A DNA stretch of 64,000 bases, taken from an uncultured Pseudomonadota bacterium. Its GTDB lineage: Bacteria > Pseudomonadota > Alphaproteobacteria > JACZXZ01. Below, in pieces: positions 50,031 through 61,327 of the stretch (the first letter of the stretch is position 1; every line of letters starts with the position of its first letter). The position numbers and the translations under genes were made by a program. Where the stretch lies: contig CAVVLJ010000021.1 in NCBI GenBank assembly GCA_963749075.1, forward strand, positions 128,001-192,000, read 5' to 3'. The notes beneath the pieces were generated by a model. That model did not search any database, was not told the DNA's origin, and saw nothing but the letters and a program-made list of their open reading frames with translations.

Positions 50031-52615
50031 CAGACCACGACGTTGATGACGCGGTTGGGCACCAGGATGACGCGGCGCAGCGCCCGTCCCTCGAGCGCCT
50101 TGGCCACGGCGGGGAGCGCCAGTGCTGCCTCCTCGGCGGCCGCCCCGGCCGCGTCGCGCGGCAGCTCGAGGGTGCCGCGCAGCTTGCCGTTCACCTGCAC
50201 TGCTATGGTCACCAGATCGTCGACGAGGAGCCGCGCCTCGGCCTCCGGCCACGGCTCGTCGACGAGAAGCGTGACATGGCCAAGCGCCTGCCAGAGCTCC
50301 TCCGCCAGATGCGGCATCATGGGGGCGATGAGATGGGCGAGCGTCTCATAGCCCTCGCGCAGCGCCCAGGTCTCGCCGGCGCCGTCTCCTGCTAAATCGG
50401 CAAGCGTGTTGCTCAGCTCGTGCACGCGCGCCACGGCGCGGTTGAAGCGGAACTGCTCGAGGTCTTGCGTGACGCCGTCGATCGTCTTGTGGACGGCGCG
50501 CCGCGCCGCCGCGGCGGCGGCACTGAGGGCGGGCGGCAGCGGGCTCCCGGGCGGCGCCAGGCCTTGGGCGATCTGGCTCACGTTGCGCCACAGCCGGTTG
50601 ACGTAGCGCCAGGCGCCCTCGACGCCTTGCGCCGTCCATTCCATGTCGCGCTCGGGGGGCGAGTCCGAGAGCATGAACCAGCGCGCCGTGTCGGCGCCGT
50701 AGGTCTCGATGATCTCGTTGGGATCCACGGTGTTCTTGCGCGACTTGCTCATCTTCTCCGAGCGCCCGACGCCGGCCGGCTTGCCGCTCGCGCTCTCGAT
50801 CACGGCGCCGCTCGCATCGCGCTCGACCTCGGACGGCGCCAGCCAGCGCCCGTCCTCGCTGCGGTAGGTCTCGTGACAGACCATGCCCTGGGTGAAGAGG
50901 CCGGTGAAGGGCTCGTCGATGCCGACATAACCCGCGCCACGCATGGCGCGCATGTAGAAGCGCGAGTAGAGGAGGTGAAGGATGGCGTGCTCCACCCCGC
51001 CGATGTACTGGTCGACCGGCAGCCAATAGTCGACCGCGGCGCGGGCCACCGGCTCATCCGCCGCGGGCGAGCAGAAGCGCGCGAAATACCACGAGGACTC
51101 GACGAAGGTGTCGAAGGTGTCGGTCTCGCGCACGGCGGCACCGCCGCAGCGCGGGCACTTTACGTGCTTCCACGTCGGGTGATGGTCGAGCGGATTGCCC
51201 GGCTTGTCGAAGCGCGCATCTTCGGGCAGCGTCACCGGGAGGTCGTTCACGGGCACCGGCACCATGCCGCAGGCGGCGCAGTGGATGACCGGCACCGGGC
51301 AGCCCCAATAGCGCTGGCGCGAGATGCCCCAGTCGCGCAGGCGGAAGTTGACCTCGCCGCGGCCGCGGCCGAGCGCCTCGAGACGCGCGATGACCCGCTC
51401 CTTCGCCGCCTCTACGGAAAGCCCGTCGAGGAAATCCGAGTTGATGATCGTGCCCTCGCCCACGTAGGCCTCGGCCGCCACTGCGAAGGTCTTGGCGTCC
51501 TCGCCCGGCGGCAGCACGACTGGCACCACGCGGAGGCCGTATTTGCGCGCGAAATCGAGGTCGCGCTGGTCGTGCGCCGGGCAGCCGAAGATGGCGCCGG
51601 TGCCGTACTCGATGAGCACGAAGTTGGCGATATAGAGCGGCAGCTCCCAGCCCTCCACGAGCGGGTGGAGCGCCTTGAGCGTCGTGAGATAGCCCTTCTT
51701 CTCGGCCGTCTCGATGCTCGCCTCGCTGGTGCCGAGGCGGCGGCACTCCTCGACGAAGGCGGCGGCGCGCGGGTCGGCAGCGGCGATGCGCTCGGCCAGC
51801 GGGTGGTCGGCCGAGATGGCGGCGAAGCTCGCACCGAAGAGCGTATCCGGCCGGGTGGTGTAGATCTCGAGCGTCTCGGGCTCCCCTTTAAGGGCGAAGG
51901 CCACGCGCGCGCCCGTCGAGCGGCCGATCCAGTTCTGCTGCATGAGCCGCACCTTGTCGGGCCAGCGCGGCAGGCGGCCGAGCTCGTCGAGGAGCGCCTC
52001 GGCAAAGGCGGTGATGCGGAAGCACCACTGGCCGAGCTTGCGCCGCTCGACGGGGGCACCCGAGCGCCAACCCCGCCCGTCGATCACCTGCTCGTTGGCC
52101 AGCACGGTCTGGTCGACCGGATCCCAATTGACCCAGGACTCCTTGCGGTAGGCGAGCCCCGCCGCGAGAAAGTCGAGGAACATGCGCTGCTCGTGCCGGT
52201 AGTAGGAGGGATCGCAGGTCGCCAGCTCCCGGCTCCAGTCGAGCGAGAGGCCCATGAGCTTGAGCTGAGCGCGCATCTGCGCGATGTTGGCGTAGGTCCA
52301 CTCGCGCGGGGGCACCTTGGCCTCGATCGCCGCGTTCTCCGCCGGCAGGCCGAAGGCGTCCCAGCCCATGGGATGCAGCACGTTGTAGCCGCGCGCGCGC
52401 TTGTAGCGGGCCACCACGTCGCCCATGGTGTAGTTGCGCACGTGGCCCATGTGGATGCGGCCGGAGGGGTAGGGGAACATCTCGAGAACATAGTATTTCG
52501 GCCGGCTCGCATCCTCGCGGCTCTCGAAGGAGCGGCGCTCGGCCCAGGCCGCCTGCCACTTGGCCTCGGTCTCCCGGTGGTTGTAGCGCGACGCAGCCTT
52601 GCCTTGGGCGCTCAC
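50030..52615 (-). CDS. leuS: Leucine--tRNA ligase
   Basis: [32 protein letters not shown]. Confidence 0.97.
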   Translation of the reverse strand: MSAQGKAASRYNHRETEAKWQAAWAERRSFESREDASRPKYYVLEMFPYPSGRIHMGHVRNYTMGDVVARYKRARGYNVLHPMGWDAFGLPAENAAIEAKVPPREWTYANIAQMRAQLKLMGLSLDWSRELATCDPSYYRHEQRMFLDFLAAGLAYRKESWVNWDPVDQTVLANEQVIDGRGWRSGAPVERRKLGQWCFRITAFAEALLDELGRLPRWPDKVRLMQQNWIGRSTGARVAFALKGEPETLEIYTTRPDTLFGASFAAISADHPLAERIAAADPRAAAFVEECRRLGTSEASIETAEKKGYLTTLKALHPLVEGWELPLYIANFVLIEYGTGAIFGCPAHDQRDLDFARKYGLRVVPVVLPPGEDAKTFAVAAEAYVGEGTIINSDFLDGLSVEAAKERVIARLEALGRGRGEVNFRLRDWGISRQRYWGCPVPVIHCAACGMVPVPVNDLPVTLPEDARFDKPGNPLDHHPTWKHVKCPRCGGAAVRETDTFDTFVESSWYFARFCSPAADEPVARAAVDYWLPVDQYIGGVEHAILHLLYSRFYMRAMRGAGYVGIDEPFTGLFTQGMVCHETYRSEDGRWLAPSEVERDASGAVIESASGKPAGVGRSEKMSKSRKNTVDPNEIIETYGADTARWFMLSDSPPERDMEWTAQGVEGAWRYVNRLWRNVSQIAQGLAPPGSPLPPALSAAAAAARRAVHKTIDGVTQDLEQFRFNRAVARVHELSNTLADLAGDGAGETWALREGYETLAHLIAPMMPHLAEELWQALGHVTLLVDEPWPEAEARLLVDDLVTIAVQVNGKLRGTLELPRDAAGAAAEEAALALPAVAKALEGRALRRVILVPNRVINVVV

Positions 52616-52650
52616 CTGATCCCCCACGCCGCAATGAGGAGTGCTGCCGC

Positions 52651-53229
52651 TCAGCTGCCGCCGGTGGTGCCGAGGGCCTGGCTGCGCAAGCGCTCCGCGC
52701 GCGACAGGATGGTGTCCTCGAGCTCGGTCGCCGTGTGCTGCTCGGAGGCCACGTCCTGCCACTGCCCGTCGGTCTGCTTCTGGTGGAAGACGGTGACGCG
52801 CAGCGCCTCGGCGCGCAGGTCCTTGCCGAGGATGTAGATGTTGAGCTTGAAGCGCTCCTGCGGCGTCTCGGGCGGCGCATACCAATCGGTGATGATGACG
52901 CCGCCGAAGGGGTCGGCCGAGACGAGCGGCATGAAGGAGACCGTGTCGAGCGCGCCGCGCCAGAGGAAGGTGTTGACGCCGATGCTCTGGCCGACGCTGG
53001 ACTCGGTGCCCTTGGAGAAGGCCGGGAGGATCGGCGTTGCCTGCCTGTCGGCGGTCCCGCCCGGAGGCTCGCTCACCGTACCACCCGGCATCTCCGCTGG
53101 CGTGGTCCCTTTGGGAAGCTGCTTATCGCCGAAGAGGCCGCAGCCGCCGAGCGCCAGCGCCAGGAGCGCGCCGGCAAGGGCGATGCGCCGGCGGGGGTGG
53201 GACTGGGGGCTGCTCAAAGCTGACGACAT
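52651..53229 (-). CDS. DUF3576-like lipoprotein
   Basis: Lipobox LGGC; [26 protein letters not shown]. Confidence 0.88.
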   Translation of the reverse strand: MSSALSSPQSHPRRRIALAGALLALALGGCGLFGDKQLPKGTTPAEMPGGTVSEPPGGTADRQATPILPAFSKGTESSVGQSIGVNTFLWRGALDTVSFMPLVSADPFGGVIITDWYAPPETPQERFKLNIYILGKDLRAEALRVTVFHQKQTDGQWQDVASEQHTATELEDTILSRAERLRSQALGTTGGS

Positions 53230-53419
53230 CCTGACTTGCTCCTTGATGCTCGCGACACCGGCCGCCTCCCCCCTTCGTGCGGCACTATAGCCATGCGAAG
53301 AGCCACATTGATAGCAAGGGATTCCGGGAGATCAAGCACTTCCGCAATAGCGCCGCGGACCCGCAAGGGTGCCGGGCATGCCGGGCAGAGCCCGCGAGGG
53401 CGCGGCGCGGCGTCCCCGC

Positions 53420-53644
53420 TTACTCCTTCATCAGATGGGACGCAGCACTCTGCCCTGTCCTCTCGTTTACGTACTTTTCGCCGTAGAGCACGATGAACAA
53501 AAGCAGCCAGCCGGCCGCCACGAACCACCAGGACAGCATGCCCCAAAACGTCACGAGGACCGAAAGTGTGAGGACGTAGAAATACAGCATGGCGACGGCA
53601 AAGGTGCCGACGCCGATGAACATGTTCATGTCCGATGCACGCAT
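53420..53644 (-). CDS. Small two-TM hypothetical membrane protein
   Basis: AAGGAG upstream; two hydrophobic stretches; AT-richer than neighbours. Confidence 0.55.
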   Translation of the reverse strand: MRASDMNMFIGVGTFAVAMLYFYVLTLSVLVTFWGMLSWWFVAAGWLLLFIVLYGEKYVNERTGQSAASHLMKE

Positions 53645-53781
53645 GACGGACTCCTTGCATCGAGAATATTCGATGGATTGTAGCGCATAAAGCACGCCTG
53701 CCAAGGGTAGGAAAATCCGCCGCCCCGGCAGGGCGCCGCCGGGCGCTTCCGCCCGGGCGCCTGCCCGGCTATAAGCTGCCC

Positions 53782-54771
53782 ATGACCCGGCTCTTGGCCC
53801 TTCTCGCCGTCTTCCTCGCGAGCCTCGGCGCCACGCGCCTCGTGCTCGCCTATCTCGAGCGCCACGCCATTCTCGACCACCCCAACGAGCGCTCGAGCCA
53901 TGCGGTGCCGACGCCGCGCGGCGGCGGCCTCGCCCTCATGGCCGTGCTGCTGCCGGCGTGGCTGCTCATAGCCCTCCTCGTGCCGGGGGCGGATCGCGCG
54001 GTCCTGTGGCCGCTCGCCGCGGCGGCACTCCTCGCGGCGGTGAGCTGGCGCGACGACCTGGCGCCGCTCGCGGTCCATCTCCGCCTCCTCGCCCAGGCGG
54101 CGGCCGTCGCCTTAGGCCTCGTCGCCTTTGCCGGCAAGGGGCTGTTCCTGCATGGCCTTCTCCCGTTCTGGCTCGATCGCCTTGCCGGCGGCGTCCTCTG
54201 GCTCTGGTTCCTAAACCTCTTCAACTTCATGGACGGCATCGACGGCATCGCCGGGGCGGAAGCCGCGGCCCTCGGCGGCGGGGTTGCGCTCGTCGCAGCC
54301 CTCGGCGGCTGGGGCGGTGCCATGCCGCTCTACGGCCTGACCGTGGCCGCGGCGGCGCTCGGCTTTCTCGCTTGGAACTGGCCGCCGGCGCGCATTTTCA
54401 TGGGCGACGTGGGCAGCGTGCCGCTCGGCTATCTCCTCGCCTGGCTGCTCCTCGAGCTCGCGACCCGCGGCCTCTGGGCGGCGGCACTCCTGCTGCCGCT
54501 CTACTACCTCGCCGACGCCTCGCTCACCCTGCTGCGCCGGCTCTTGCGCGGCGAGCGCGTCTGGCGCGCCCACCGCGAGCATTTCTACCAGAAGGCCGTG
54601 GCGGCCGGCCTGAGCCACGCCCAGGTGGTGGCGGCGGTGCTCGGCGCCGACGCCGCACTCCTCGCGCTCGCGCTGTGGGCCACCTTGGCGAGACCGTGGC
54701 TCCCGCTGGCGCTCGGGGCGCTCGCCACAGCCCTCCTCCTCGCCTACCTCGGCACCCGCAAGCGCGCCTGA
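53782..54771 (+). CDS. Polyprenyl-phosphate HexNAc-1-P transferase (WbpL/WecA/MraY family)
   Basis: PNERSSH..PTPRGGG, DD, FNFMDGIDG, FMGDVGS, HREHFYQ. Confidence 0.9.
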   Translation: MTRLLALLAVFLASLGATRLVLAYLERHAILDHPNERSSHAVPTPRGGGLALMAVLLPAWLLIALLVPGADRAVLWPLAAAALLAAVSWRDDLAPLAVHLRLLAQAAAVALGLVAFAGKGLFLHGLLPFWLDRLAGGVLWLWFLNLFNFMDGIDGIAGAEAAALGGGVALVAALGGWGGAMPLYGLTVAAAALGFLAWNWPPARIFMGDVGSVPLGYLLAWLLLELATRGLWAAALLLPLYYLADASLTLLRRLLRGERVWRAHREHFYQKAVAAGLSHAQVVAAVLGADAALLALALWATLARPWLPLALGALATALLLAYLGTRKRA

Positions 54772-54793
54772 GCGCGCGGCGCTCGCGGAGCTA

Positions 54794-56845
54794 TTGAGCA
54801 GCGGCCGCCTATGCTATTGTCCCGCCCGCCCAACCGGCGGAATCGCAGCGCTATGTCGTGGCTGCGACGCGGTGGCCGGAGAGCGCACGCAGATACCACG
54901 GCACGAGGACGACCGGACGCGCCACTTGAGCCGCATTCTGACCCCAGCCCGCCTCGCCTTCCTCCATGACGTGATCATGGCGGCGCTCTCCTTCGTCGTT
55001 TCGCTCTATCTCCGGGTGGGCGACCTCACTTGGTGGTATCTCGCGAACTACCTGTGGCCCGCCCTGCTCCTCTTCGTGGCGGTCGCGGCGGTGGTCTTTC
55101 TCTGGATGCGCACGGGTCGCGGCGTGTGGCGCTTCATCGCCATGGTCGACCTCCTGACCCTCGCCCAGGCGGTCACCCTCGTCATCCTCCTCTTCCTCCC
55201 GCTGCTTTTCTTCTTCACCCGGCTCGATCAGCTGCCGCGCTCCATGCTGATCATCAACTGGTTCGTGCTCATGGCGCTCCTGGGCGGCCCGCGCATCCTC
55301 TATCGCCTGGCCAAGGACCGCCGCCTCGGCCTCACCCTTGCCAAGACCGGGCACCGCCGCGTGCCCGTGCTCCTGGTCGGCGCCGGCGACGGCGCCGAGA
55401 TGTTCATCCGCGCCATGCAGTACGAGCCCCAGGCGCACTACCGGGTGGTCGGCATCCTCGACGAGAAGGGCACGCGGGTGGGACGCGACATCCATGGCGT
55501 GCCGGTGCTGGGCACCGACCAGGAGCTCGCCGCGGTCGTGGCGCGCTGCGCCGCGCGGGGGCGGCGGCCGGAGCGCCTGATCGTCACCAAGGACAATCTC
55601 GCGGCGAGCGGCCTCAGGGAGCTCTTCGAGGCAGCCGACGCTCTCGGCCTCACCCTCGCGCGCGCGCCGCGCATGAGCGATCTGCGCGCCGGCCTCGCCG
55701 ATACGCTCGAGACGCGGCCGATCGCCATCGAGGATTTGCTCGGCCGGCCGCAGACGGTGCTCGACCGCGCCGGCATGAAGGCGATGATCGCCGGCCGCCG
55801 CGTGCTGGTCACGGGCGCCGGCGGCACCATCGGCGGCGAGCTCGTGCGCCAGATCGCCGAGCTGGCGCCCGCCCGCTTGGCCCTCCTCGACAACGGCGAG
55901 TACAACCTCTACCGCATCGCCCAGGAGCTCGCCGAGCTGGCGCCGGAGCTGGCGCAAGTCGTCCTGCTCGCCGACGTGCGCGAGGGCGCGCACATGGCAG
56001 CGCTTTTCGCGGCCGAGAAGCCGGAGCTGGTGTTCCACGCGGCGGCCCTCAAGCATGTGCCGATGGTCGAGCACAACGCGCGCGAGGGCGTGCTCACCAA
56101 TCTCGTCGGCACGCGCAACGTGGCGGATGCCTGCCACGCGGCCGGCGTCGCCGCCATGGTGCTCATCTCGACCGACAAGGCCGTCAATCCGGCGAGCGTC
56201 ATGGGCGCCACCAAGCGCGCTGCCGAGAGCTACTGCCAGGCGCGCGACATCCTCGCCGCCGCCGGCCGCGGACGCACGCGCTACATCACGGTGCGCTTCG
56301 GCAACGTGCTGGGCTCGACCGGCTCGGTGGTGCCGCTCTTCCAGCGCCAGATCGAGCGCGGCGGCCCGGTGACCGTCACCCATCGAGACATCAAGCGCTA
56401 CTTCATGACCGTGCGCGAGGCGGTCGAGCTCGTGCTCCAGGCAGCCGCCCTCGGCGCCAGCGCCGGCGTCGAGGCCGGCAAGATCTTCGTGCTCGACATG
56501 GGCGAGCCGGTGCGCATCCTCGATCTCGCGCGCCAGATGATCCGCCTGGCCGGGCTCAGGCCCGAGGTCGACATCGCGATCGTCTTCACCGGCTTGCGGC
56601 CGGGCGAGAAGCTCAACGAGGAGCTGCTCCATGCGACCGAGCAGCTCCTGCCCACGCGCTGCCAGGGCATCCTCCTCGCCGCCCCCCGCGCGGCCGATCT
56701 GGCGCTCATCGGCCGCGCCATCGACGAGGCCGAGGAGGCCGTGCTGCGCGGGCGGGACGAGCAGCTCTTGACCCTTCTCGAGCGCATGGTGCCGGAGTAC
56801 CGTCCGGCGGCCGACGGCGCAGAGCGGGCGACCGCCGCGCGATGA
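54794..56845 (+). CDS. Membrane-bound UDP-GlcNAc 4,6-dehydratase (WbpM/PglF/CapD); start probably near 54926
   Basis: TM N-terminus; [41 protein letters not shown]. Confidence 0.9.
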   Translation: MSSGRLCYCPARPTGGIAALCRGCDAVAGERTQIPRHEDDRTRHLSRILTPARLAFLHDVIMAALSFVVSLYLRVGDLTWWYLANYLWPALLLFVAVAAVVFLWMRTGRGVWRFIAMVDLLTLAQAVTLVILLFLPLLFFFTRLDQLPRSMLIINWFVLMALLGGPRILYRLAKDRRLGLTLAKTGHRRVPVLLVGAGDGAEMFIRAMQYEPQAHYRVVGILDEKGTRVGRDIHGVPVLGTDQELAAVVARCAARGRRPERLIVTKDNLAASGLRELFEAADALGLTLARAPRMSDLRAGLADTLETRPIAIEDLLGRPQTVLDRAGMKAMIAGRRVLVTGAGGTIGGELVRQIAELAPARLALLDNGEYNLYRIAQELAELAPELAQVVLLADVREGAHMAALFAAEKPELVFHAAALKHVPMVEHNAREGVLTNLVGTRNVADACHAAGVAAMVLISTDKAVNPASVMGATKRAAESYCQARDILAAAGRGRTRYITVRFGNVLGSTGSVVPLFQRQIERGGPVTVTHRDIKRYFMTVREAVELVLQAAALGASAGVEAGKIFVLDMGEPVRILDLARQMIRLAGLRPEVDIAIVFTGLRPGEKLNEELLHATEQLLPTRCQGILLAAPRAADLALIGRAIDEAEEAVLRGRDEQLLTLLERMVPEYRPAADGAERATAAR

Positions 56846-58425
56846 GCGGGACGGCGCTGCCGATCCGCCGGGCGCTGGTCTCGGTCTCGGACAAGACGGG
56901 CCTCGTCGAGCTAGGCCGCTTCCTCGCCGCGCGTGGCGTCGAGATCCTCTCGACCGGCGGCTCGGCCAAGGCGCTCGCCGGGGCCGGCGTTGCCGCCACC
57001 GAGGTGGCCCAGGCGACCGGCTTCCCCGAGATCATGGACGGCCGGGTCAAGACCCTCCACCCCAAGATCCACGGCGGCATCCTCGCGCGCCGCGACGTGG
57101 CCGACGATCGGAAGGCGATGCGCGAGCTCGGCATCGAGCCCATCGACCTGGTGGTGATCAACCTCTATCCCTTCGAGGCCACGGTGGCGCGGGGTGCCGA
57201 TTTCGCGGACGCCATCGAGAACATCGACATCGGCGGGCCGGCCCTCATCCGGGCTGCCGCCAAGAACCACGAGTTCGTAGCTGTGGTGACCGAGCCCGGC
57301 GACTATGAGGCGCTCATCGCCGAGATGGGCGCCGAGGGAGGCGCCACCACGCTCGCCCTCAGGCGCCGGCTCGCGGCCAAGGCCTACGCGCGGACCGCCG
57401 CCTATGACGCGGCGATCGGCGGCTGGTTCGCGGGTGAGCTGGGCGAGACTTTTCCCGAGCGCCTCGTCCTGGCCGGCACCCTCAAGGAGCGCCTGCGCTA
57501 CGGCGAGAATCCGCACCAGAAGGCGGCGTTCTACGTGGGTGGTGCGCCGCGCCCGGGTGTCGCCACCGCGCGCCAGCTCCAAGGCAAGGAGCTCAGCTAC
57601 AACAACCTCAACGACACGGATGCGGCCTTCGAGCTGGTCGCCGAATTCGCCGAGCCCGCCGTCGCCATCATCAAGCACGCCAATCCCTGCGGCGTCGCCA
57701 CCGGCACCGGTCCCGCCGAGGCCTATGCCAAGGCGCTCGCCTGCGATCCCATGAGCGCTTTCGGCGGCATCGTGGCGCTCAACCGCCCGCTCGACGCGGC
57801 CACGGCCGGCGAGATCGGCAAGCTCTTGATCGAGGTGGTGATCGCACCCGCGGCCGAGGCGGCGGCGGAGGCGGCACTCGCGGCCAAGAAGAACCTGCGC
57901 CTCCTCGTCACGGGCGGCTTGCCAGACCCGGCCGGGCCGGGCCTGAGTGTGCGCTCGCTCGCGGGCGGCTATCTGGCCGAGACGCGCGACGACGGACGGG
58001 TTCGGCGCGAGGACCTCAAGCTCGTGACGCGGCGGGCGCCGAGCGAGGCCGAGCTCTTGGACCTCCTCTTCGCCTTCCGCGTGGCCAAGCACGTCAAGTC
58101 GAACGCCATCGTCTATGCCAAGGGCGGTGCCACCGTCGGCATCGGCGCCGGCCAGATGAGCCGCGTCGATTCCTCGCGCATCGCCGCCTGGAAGGCCGAG
58201 GAGGCGGGCAAGGCCGCGGGCGAGGCGGCGCTCCGCACCAAAGGTGCGGTCGTCGCCTCCGACGCCTTCTTCCCCTTCGCCGACGGGCTCCTTGCCGCCG
58301 TGGCCGCCGGTGCCACCGCCGTCATCCAGCCGGGCGGCTCGCTGCGCGACGAGGAGGTCATCAAGGCCGCGGACGAGGCCGGCATCGCCATGGTCTTCAC
58401 AGGCATGCGGCACTTCAGGCATTGA
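56842..58425 (+). CDS. purH: Bifunctional AICAR transformylase/IMP cyclohydrolase
   Basis: [30 protein letters not shown]. Confidence 0.97.
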   Translation: MSGTALPIRRALVSVSDKTGLVELGRFLAARGVEILSTGGSAKALAGAGVAATEVAQATGFPEIMDGRVKTLHPKIHGGILARRDVADDRKAMRELGIEPIDLVVINLYPFEATVARGADFADAIENIDIGGPALIRAAAKNHEFVAVVTEPGDYEALIAEMGAEGGATTLALRRRLAAKAYARTAAYDAAIGGWFAGELGETFPERLVLAGTLKERLRYGENPHQKAAFYVGGAPRPGVATARQLQGKELSYNNLNDTDAAFELVAEFAEPAVAIIKHANPCGVATGTGPAEAYAKALACDPMSAFGGIVALNRPLDAATAGEIGKLLIEVVIAPAAEAAAEAALAAKKNLRLLVTGGLPDPAGPGLSVRSLAGGYLAETRDDGRVRREDLKLVTRRAPSEAELLDLLFAFRVAKHVKSNAIVYAKGGATVGIGAGQMSRVDSSRIAAWKAEEAGKAAGEAALRTKGAVVASDAFFPFADGLLAAVAAGATAVIQPGGSLRDEEVIKAADEAGIAMVFTGMRHFRH

Positions 58426-58515
58426 GGGGAACGGGGATGGGATAGTGCAGTGGCGGAGCAGGCTTCGCGCGCATTCCAGCCTTCATCGCTCTTCCATTGC
58501 ACGGAGGGGGCGTCG

Positions 58516-59100
58516 ATGCAGAAAAAGCAGAACACCCCGCCGAAAGTGGGCACGGTCATCCACCGCGCAAGAAAGGCGCATGGCTGGACCTTGGAGGAGC
58601 TGGCCAAAAGGTCGGGCGTGTCCCGCTCGATGCTGTCGCAGATCGAGCGCGATCTTACGAATCCGACGTTCGCAACGGTATGGCGCATCACCTCGGCGCT
58701 CGGCCTCGGACTCGAGGGCGTGCTGCCGAGCCCGCAGTCGATTAGAGAGATGAGTCTGTTGCCCGACCATGCGACGCCCGCGCTCGGAAGCGCCGACAGA
58801 AAATGTACCTTGCGCATCCTCGGGCCGATGGAACTGGCGGCCTACGTCGAGTGGTACGATTTCCAGGCCGCGAAGGGAGGCGCACTGATCTCCGAGCCGC
58901 ACGAGGCGGGAACGACCGAGCATCTCACCGTTTTGGACGGCAAGTTCCAGGTGCAGAGCGGCGAGCAGGTGGCGACAGTCGCCGCGGGCGAGACCATCCG
59001 CTACCGCGGCGACCTCCCGCATGCGATCCGCAACCTGCGCGATGCGCCGTCGCGCGGGCTCATCGTGGTCACCCACGCTCCCGCGCAGAACCCGCGGTAG
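58516..59100 (+). CDS. XRE-family regulator with cupin sensor domain
   Basis: [19 protein letters not shown]; H..GTTEH and PHAIRN cupin motifs. Confidence 0.9.
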   Translation: MQKKQNTPPKVGTVIHRARKAHGWTLEELAKRSGVSRSMLSQIERDLTNPTFATVWRITSALGLGLEGVLPSPQSIREMSLLPDHATPALGSADRKCTLRILGPMELAAYVEWYDFQAAKGGALISEPHEAGTTEHLTVLDGKFQVQSGEQVATVAAGETIRYRGDLPHAIRNLRDAPSRGLIVVTHAPAQNPR

Positions 59101-59126
59101 CGGCGCCGCCCGCAGCTCAAATCCGA

Positions 59127-59156
59127 TTGACAGGAAATTTCTCCTATATACTGTAA
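59127..59156 (+). promoter_or_regulatory. Putative promoter with degenerate operator
   Basis: TTGACA at 59127; CTCCTATATACTGTAA (59141-59156) is 11/16 identical to the 60308 palindrome. Confidence 0.5.
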
Positions 59157-59252
59157 ATGCGGCGCGGCCGCGGGGCGGGGCGGCTTCCGCTTTGTGGCGC
59201 AGCGTCCGGCGAGCGGGCCGGCGATGCCGGTCGGGAATGGGGAACCAAAATC

Positions 59253-60140
59253 ATGAAAGTCACGCTTCTCGGAACGGGAACCCCCACGCCGTCGCTCGTT
59301 CGCGCAAGCTCCGGATATCTCTTCGAGATCGGCGAGGACGTGATCGTCATCGATCACGGGCCGGGCGCCCACCACCGCCTTTTGCAGGCGGGCAAGCGTG
59401 CGGTCGATGTCACGCACCTCCTCTTCAGCCATCTCCATTACGACCACTGCTGCGACTATGCGCGGCTCTTGCTCACGCGGTGGGATATGGGCGCCGACCG
59501 CATCCCCGAGCTCAAGGTCTACGGTCCGGCTCATACGCGGCGGATGACGGAGCTACTCTTCGAGGAGGACGGCGTCTTCGGGCCCGACATCAACGCGCGC
59601 ATCAAGCATCAGGGCAGCATCGACATCTTCGAGAAGCGCGGCGGCAAGCCGCCGCGCAAGTGGCCGAAGCCGGAGGTCGCCGTCGTCAAGCCCGGCTCAG
59701 TCATCGAAGGCGGCGAGTGGCGCATCACCGTGGGCGAAGCGTCGCACGTGCAGCCCTATCTCGAATGCTTCGCCTACCGCATCGACACGAACGACGGGTC
59801 CGTCTGCTATTCCGGCGACAGCGGCGGGGTCTGCAGAAGCGTGATCAAGCTCGCGCAAGGCTGCGACATGCTTATTCACATGAACCACTACTTCAGTGGC
59901 ACCGAACCCACGCCGATCTATCGCGCGGTTTGCGGCAACCATATCGACACCGCCCATGTGGCGAAGGAGGCCGGGGTGAAGACGCTGGTGCTCACGCACA
60001 TGCTGGAGCAGATCGACCGGCCGGGGGTGCGGGAGCAGATCCTGCGCGAGATGATGCAGATCTACGCGGGCAGCATCATCTGGGGCGCCGACCTCATGGA
60101 ATTGACGCTCGCGGCGCCGCGGATGGCGAAAATGGAATAG
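59253..60140 (+). CDS. MBL-fold metallo-hydrolase (RNase Z/arylsulfatase-like)
   Basis: LLGTGTP, SHLHYDH, YSGD, LVLTH. Confidence 0.88.
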   Translation: MKVTLLGTGTPTPSLVRASSGYLFEIGEDVIVIDHGPGAHHRLLQAGKRAVDVTHLLFSHLHYDHCCDYARLLLTRWDMGADRIPELKVYGPAHTRRMTELLFEEDGVFGPDINARIKHQGSIDIFEKRGGKPPRKWPKPEVAVVKPGSVIEGGEWRITVGEASHVQPYLECFAYRIDTNDGSVCYSGDSGGVCRSVIKLAQGCDMLIHMNHYFSGTEPTPIYRAVCGNHIDTAHVAKEAGVKTLVLTHMLEQIDRPGVREQILREMMQIYAGSIIWGADLMELTLAAPRMAKME

Positions 60141-60271
60141 CCCGCCGGCGCTCGGGCCTTTTGCCCCGCCCCGCGCGATGGCGCGAGCGAATTTGGTTGA
60201 CCGCGCCAGGAAGAGCGGGAAAAGTGGCCGTCGCGCGCGTCCGGCGGCGCCCCGGCCTTGGCCGGCCTGCG

Positions 60272-60324
60272 TTGACAGGACGGCGCGGGTTCGGTATCGT
60301 GAACACCTTCCGATATATCGGAAG
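60272..60324 (+). promoter_or_regulatory. Sigma70-type promoter followed by an 18-bp operator palindrome
   Basis: TTGACA(60272)-N17-TATCGT(60295); CTTCCGATATATCGGAAG at 60307-60324. Confidence 0.8.
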
Positions 60325-60389
60325 ATAAAAATCGCGGCCCGCCGAACGGCTCGAAAGAGGCGTGGACGGAGCGGGGGACGGGGAACTGC

Positions 60390-61310
60390 GTGGCGCAAAT
60401 CGCCTTCATCGGGCTTGGCACGATGGGCGCGCCCATGGCGCGCAATCTCCTGAAGCACGGGCATTCCGTGGCGGCGTTCGATTGCTCCGAGGCGGCGCTC
60501 GTCCGCTTCGGCGAGACTCGCGCGCGCATTGCCGCCTCGCCGCTCGATGCGGCGAAGGGGGCGCAGTTCGTCATCACCATGCTGCCCACGTCCGCGGACG
60601 TGCGCGAGGCGATGGCGGGGCCGGAGGGCGCCATCCCGTCGATGGCGCCCGGCTGCATGCTCATCGATTCGACCACGGCGTCGCCGCGCGAATCCATGTC
60701 GCTCGCGCGGCTGCTGGGCGAGCGTGGCTGCAGGATGATCGATGCGGCGGTGGGCCGGCCGCCTTGGGACGCCGAGCAGGGGACATTGCTCTTCCTCGTC
60801 GGCGCGGATGAGGGGGACCTCGCCCACGCGGCGCCGATCCTGCGCTGCATGGGCAACGAGATCATTCACTGCGGGCCGCAGGGGAACGGTGCGAAGGTCA
60901 AGGCGATCAACAATTATATGAGCGTCCTCGGCATGGTGGTGGCGGCCGAGACGCTGGCCTTCGGCAAGACGGCCGGCATCGACCGCGATCTCCTCGTCTC
61001 GGTGCTGCAGAAGACCGTCGCCGGCCGGGGCGCCATCAACGTTCTCTATCCGAAGAAGGTTCTCGCAGGCGACGTGACGCCGCTCTTCGCGATGCGGCTC
61101 GCGCACAAGGATCTCGGCCTTGCCGTCGAATTCGGCGCGGAGCTCGGCGTGCCGCTGGCAACGGGCTCGGCGGCTCGGGCGGTGCTGACCTTGGGCGAGC
61201 CACTGGGAAGGATGGACCAGGACGTGACCAGCCTCCTGCTCGTTCTCGAGGAGATTCTCGGGTCTAGGACGGCGGCTCGCGCGGCGCCGGCCGGGTCGCC
61301 GCCATCATAA
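60390..61310 (+). CDS. Beta-hydroxyacid dehydrogenase, YihU/sulfolactaldehyde-reductase-like
   Basis: AFIGLGTMG, DAAVGR, KAINNYMS, PKKVLAGD, LAHKDLG. Confidence 0.8.
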   Translation: MAQIAFIGLGTMGAPMARNLLKHGHSVAAFDCSEAALVRFGETRARIAASPLDAAKGAQFVITMLPTSADVREAMAGPEGAIPSMAPGCMLIDSTTASPRESMSLARLLGERGCRMIDAAVGRPPWDAEQGTLLFLVGADEGDLAHAAPILRCMGNEIIHCGPQGNGAKVKAINNYMSVLGMVVAAETLAFGKTAGIDRDLLVSVLQKTVAGRGAINVLYPKKVLAGDVTPLFAMRLAHKDLGLAVEFGAELGVPLATGSAARAVLTLGEPLGRMDQDVTSLLLVLEEILGSRTAARAAPAGSPPS

Positions 61311-61327
61311 GGAAGCGGAGGAGCGTC

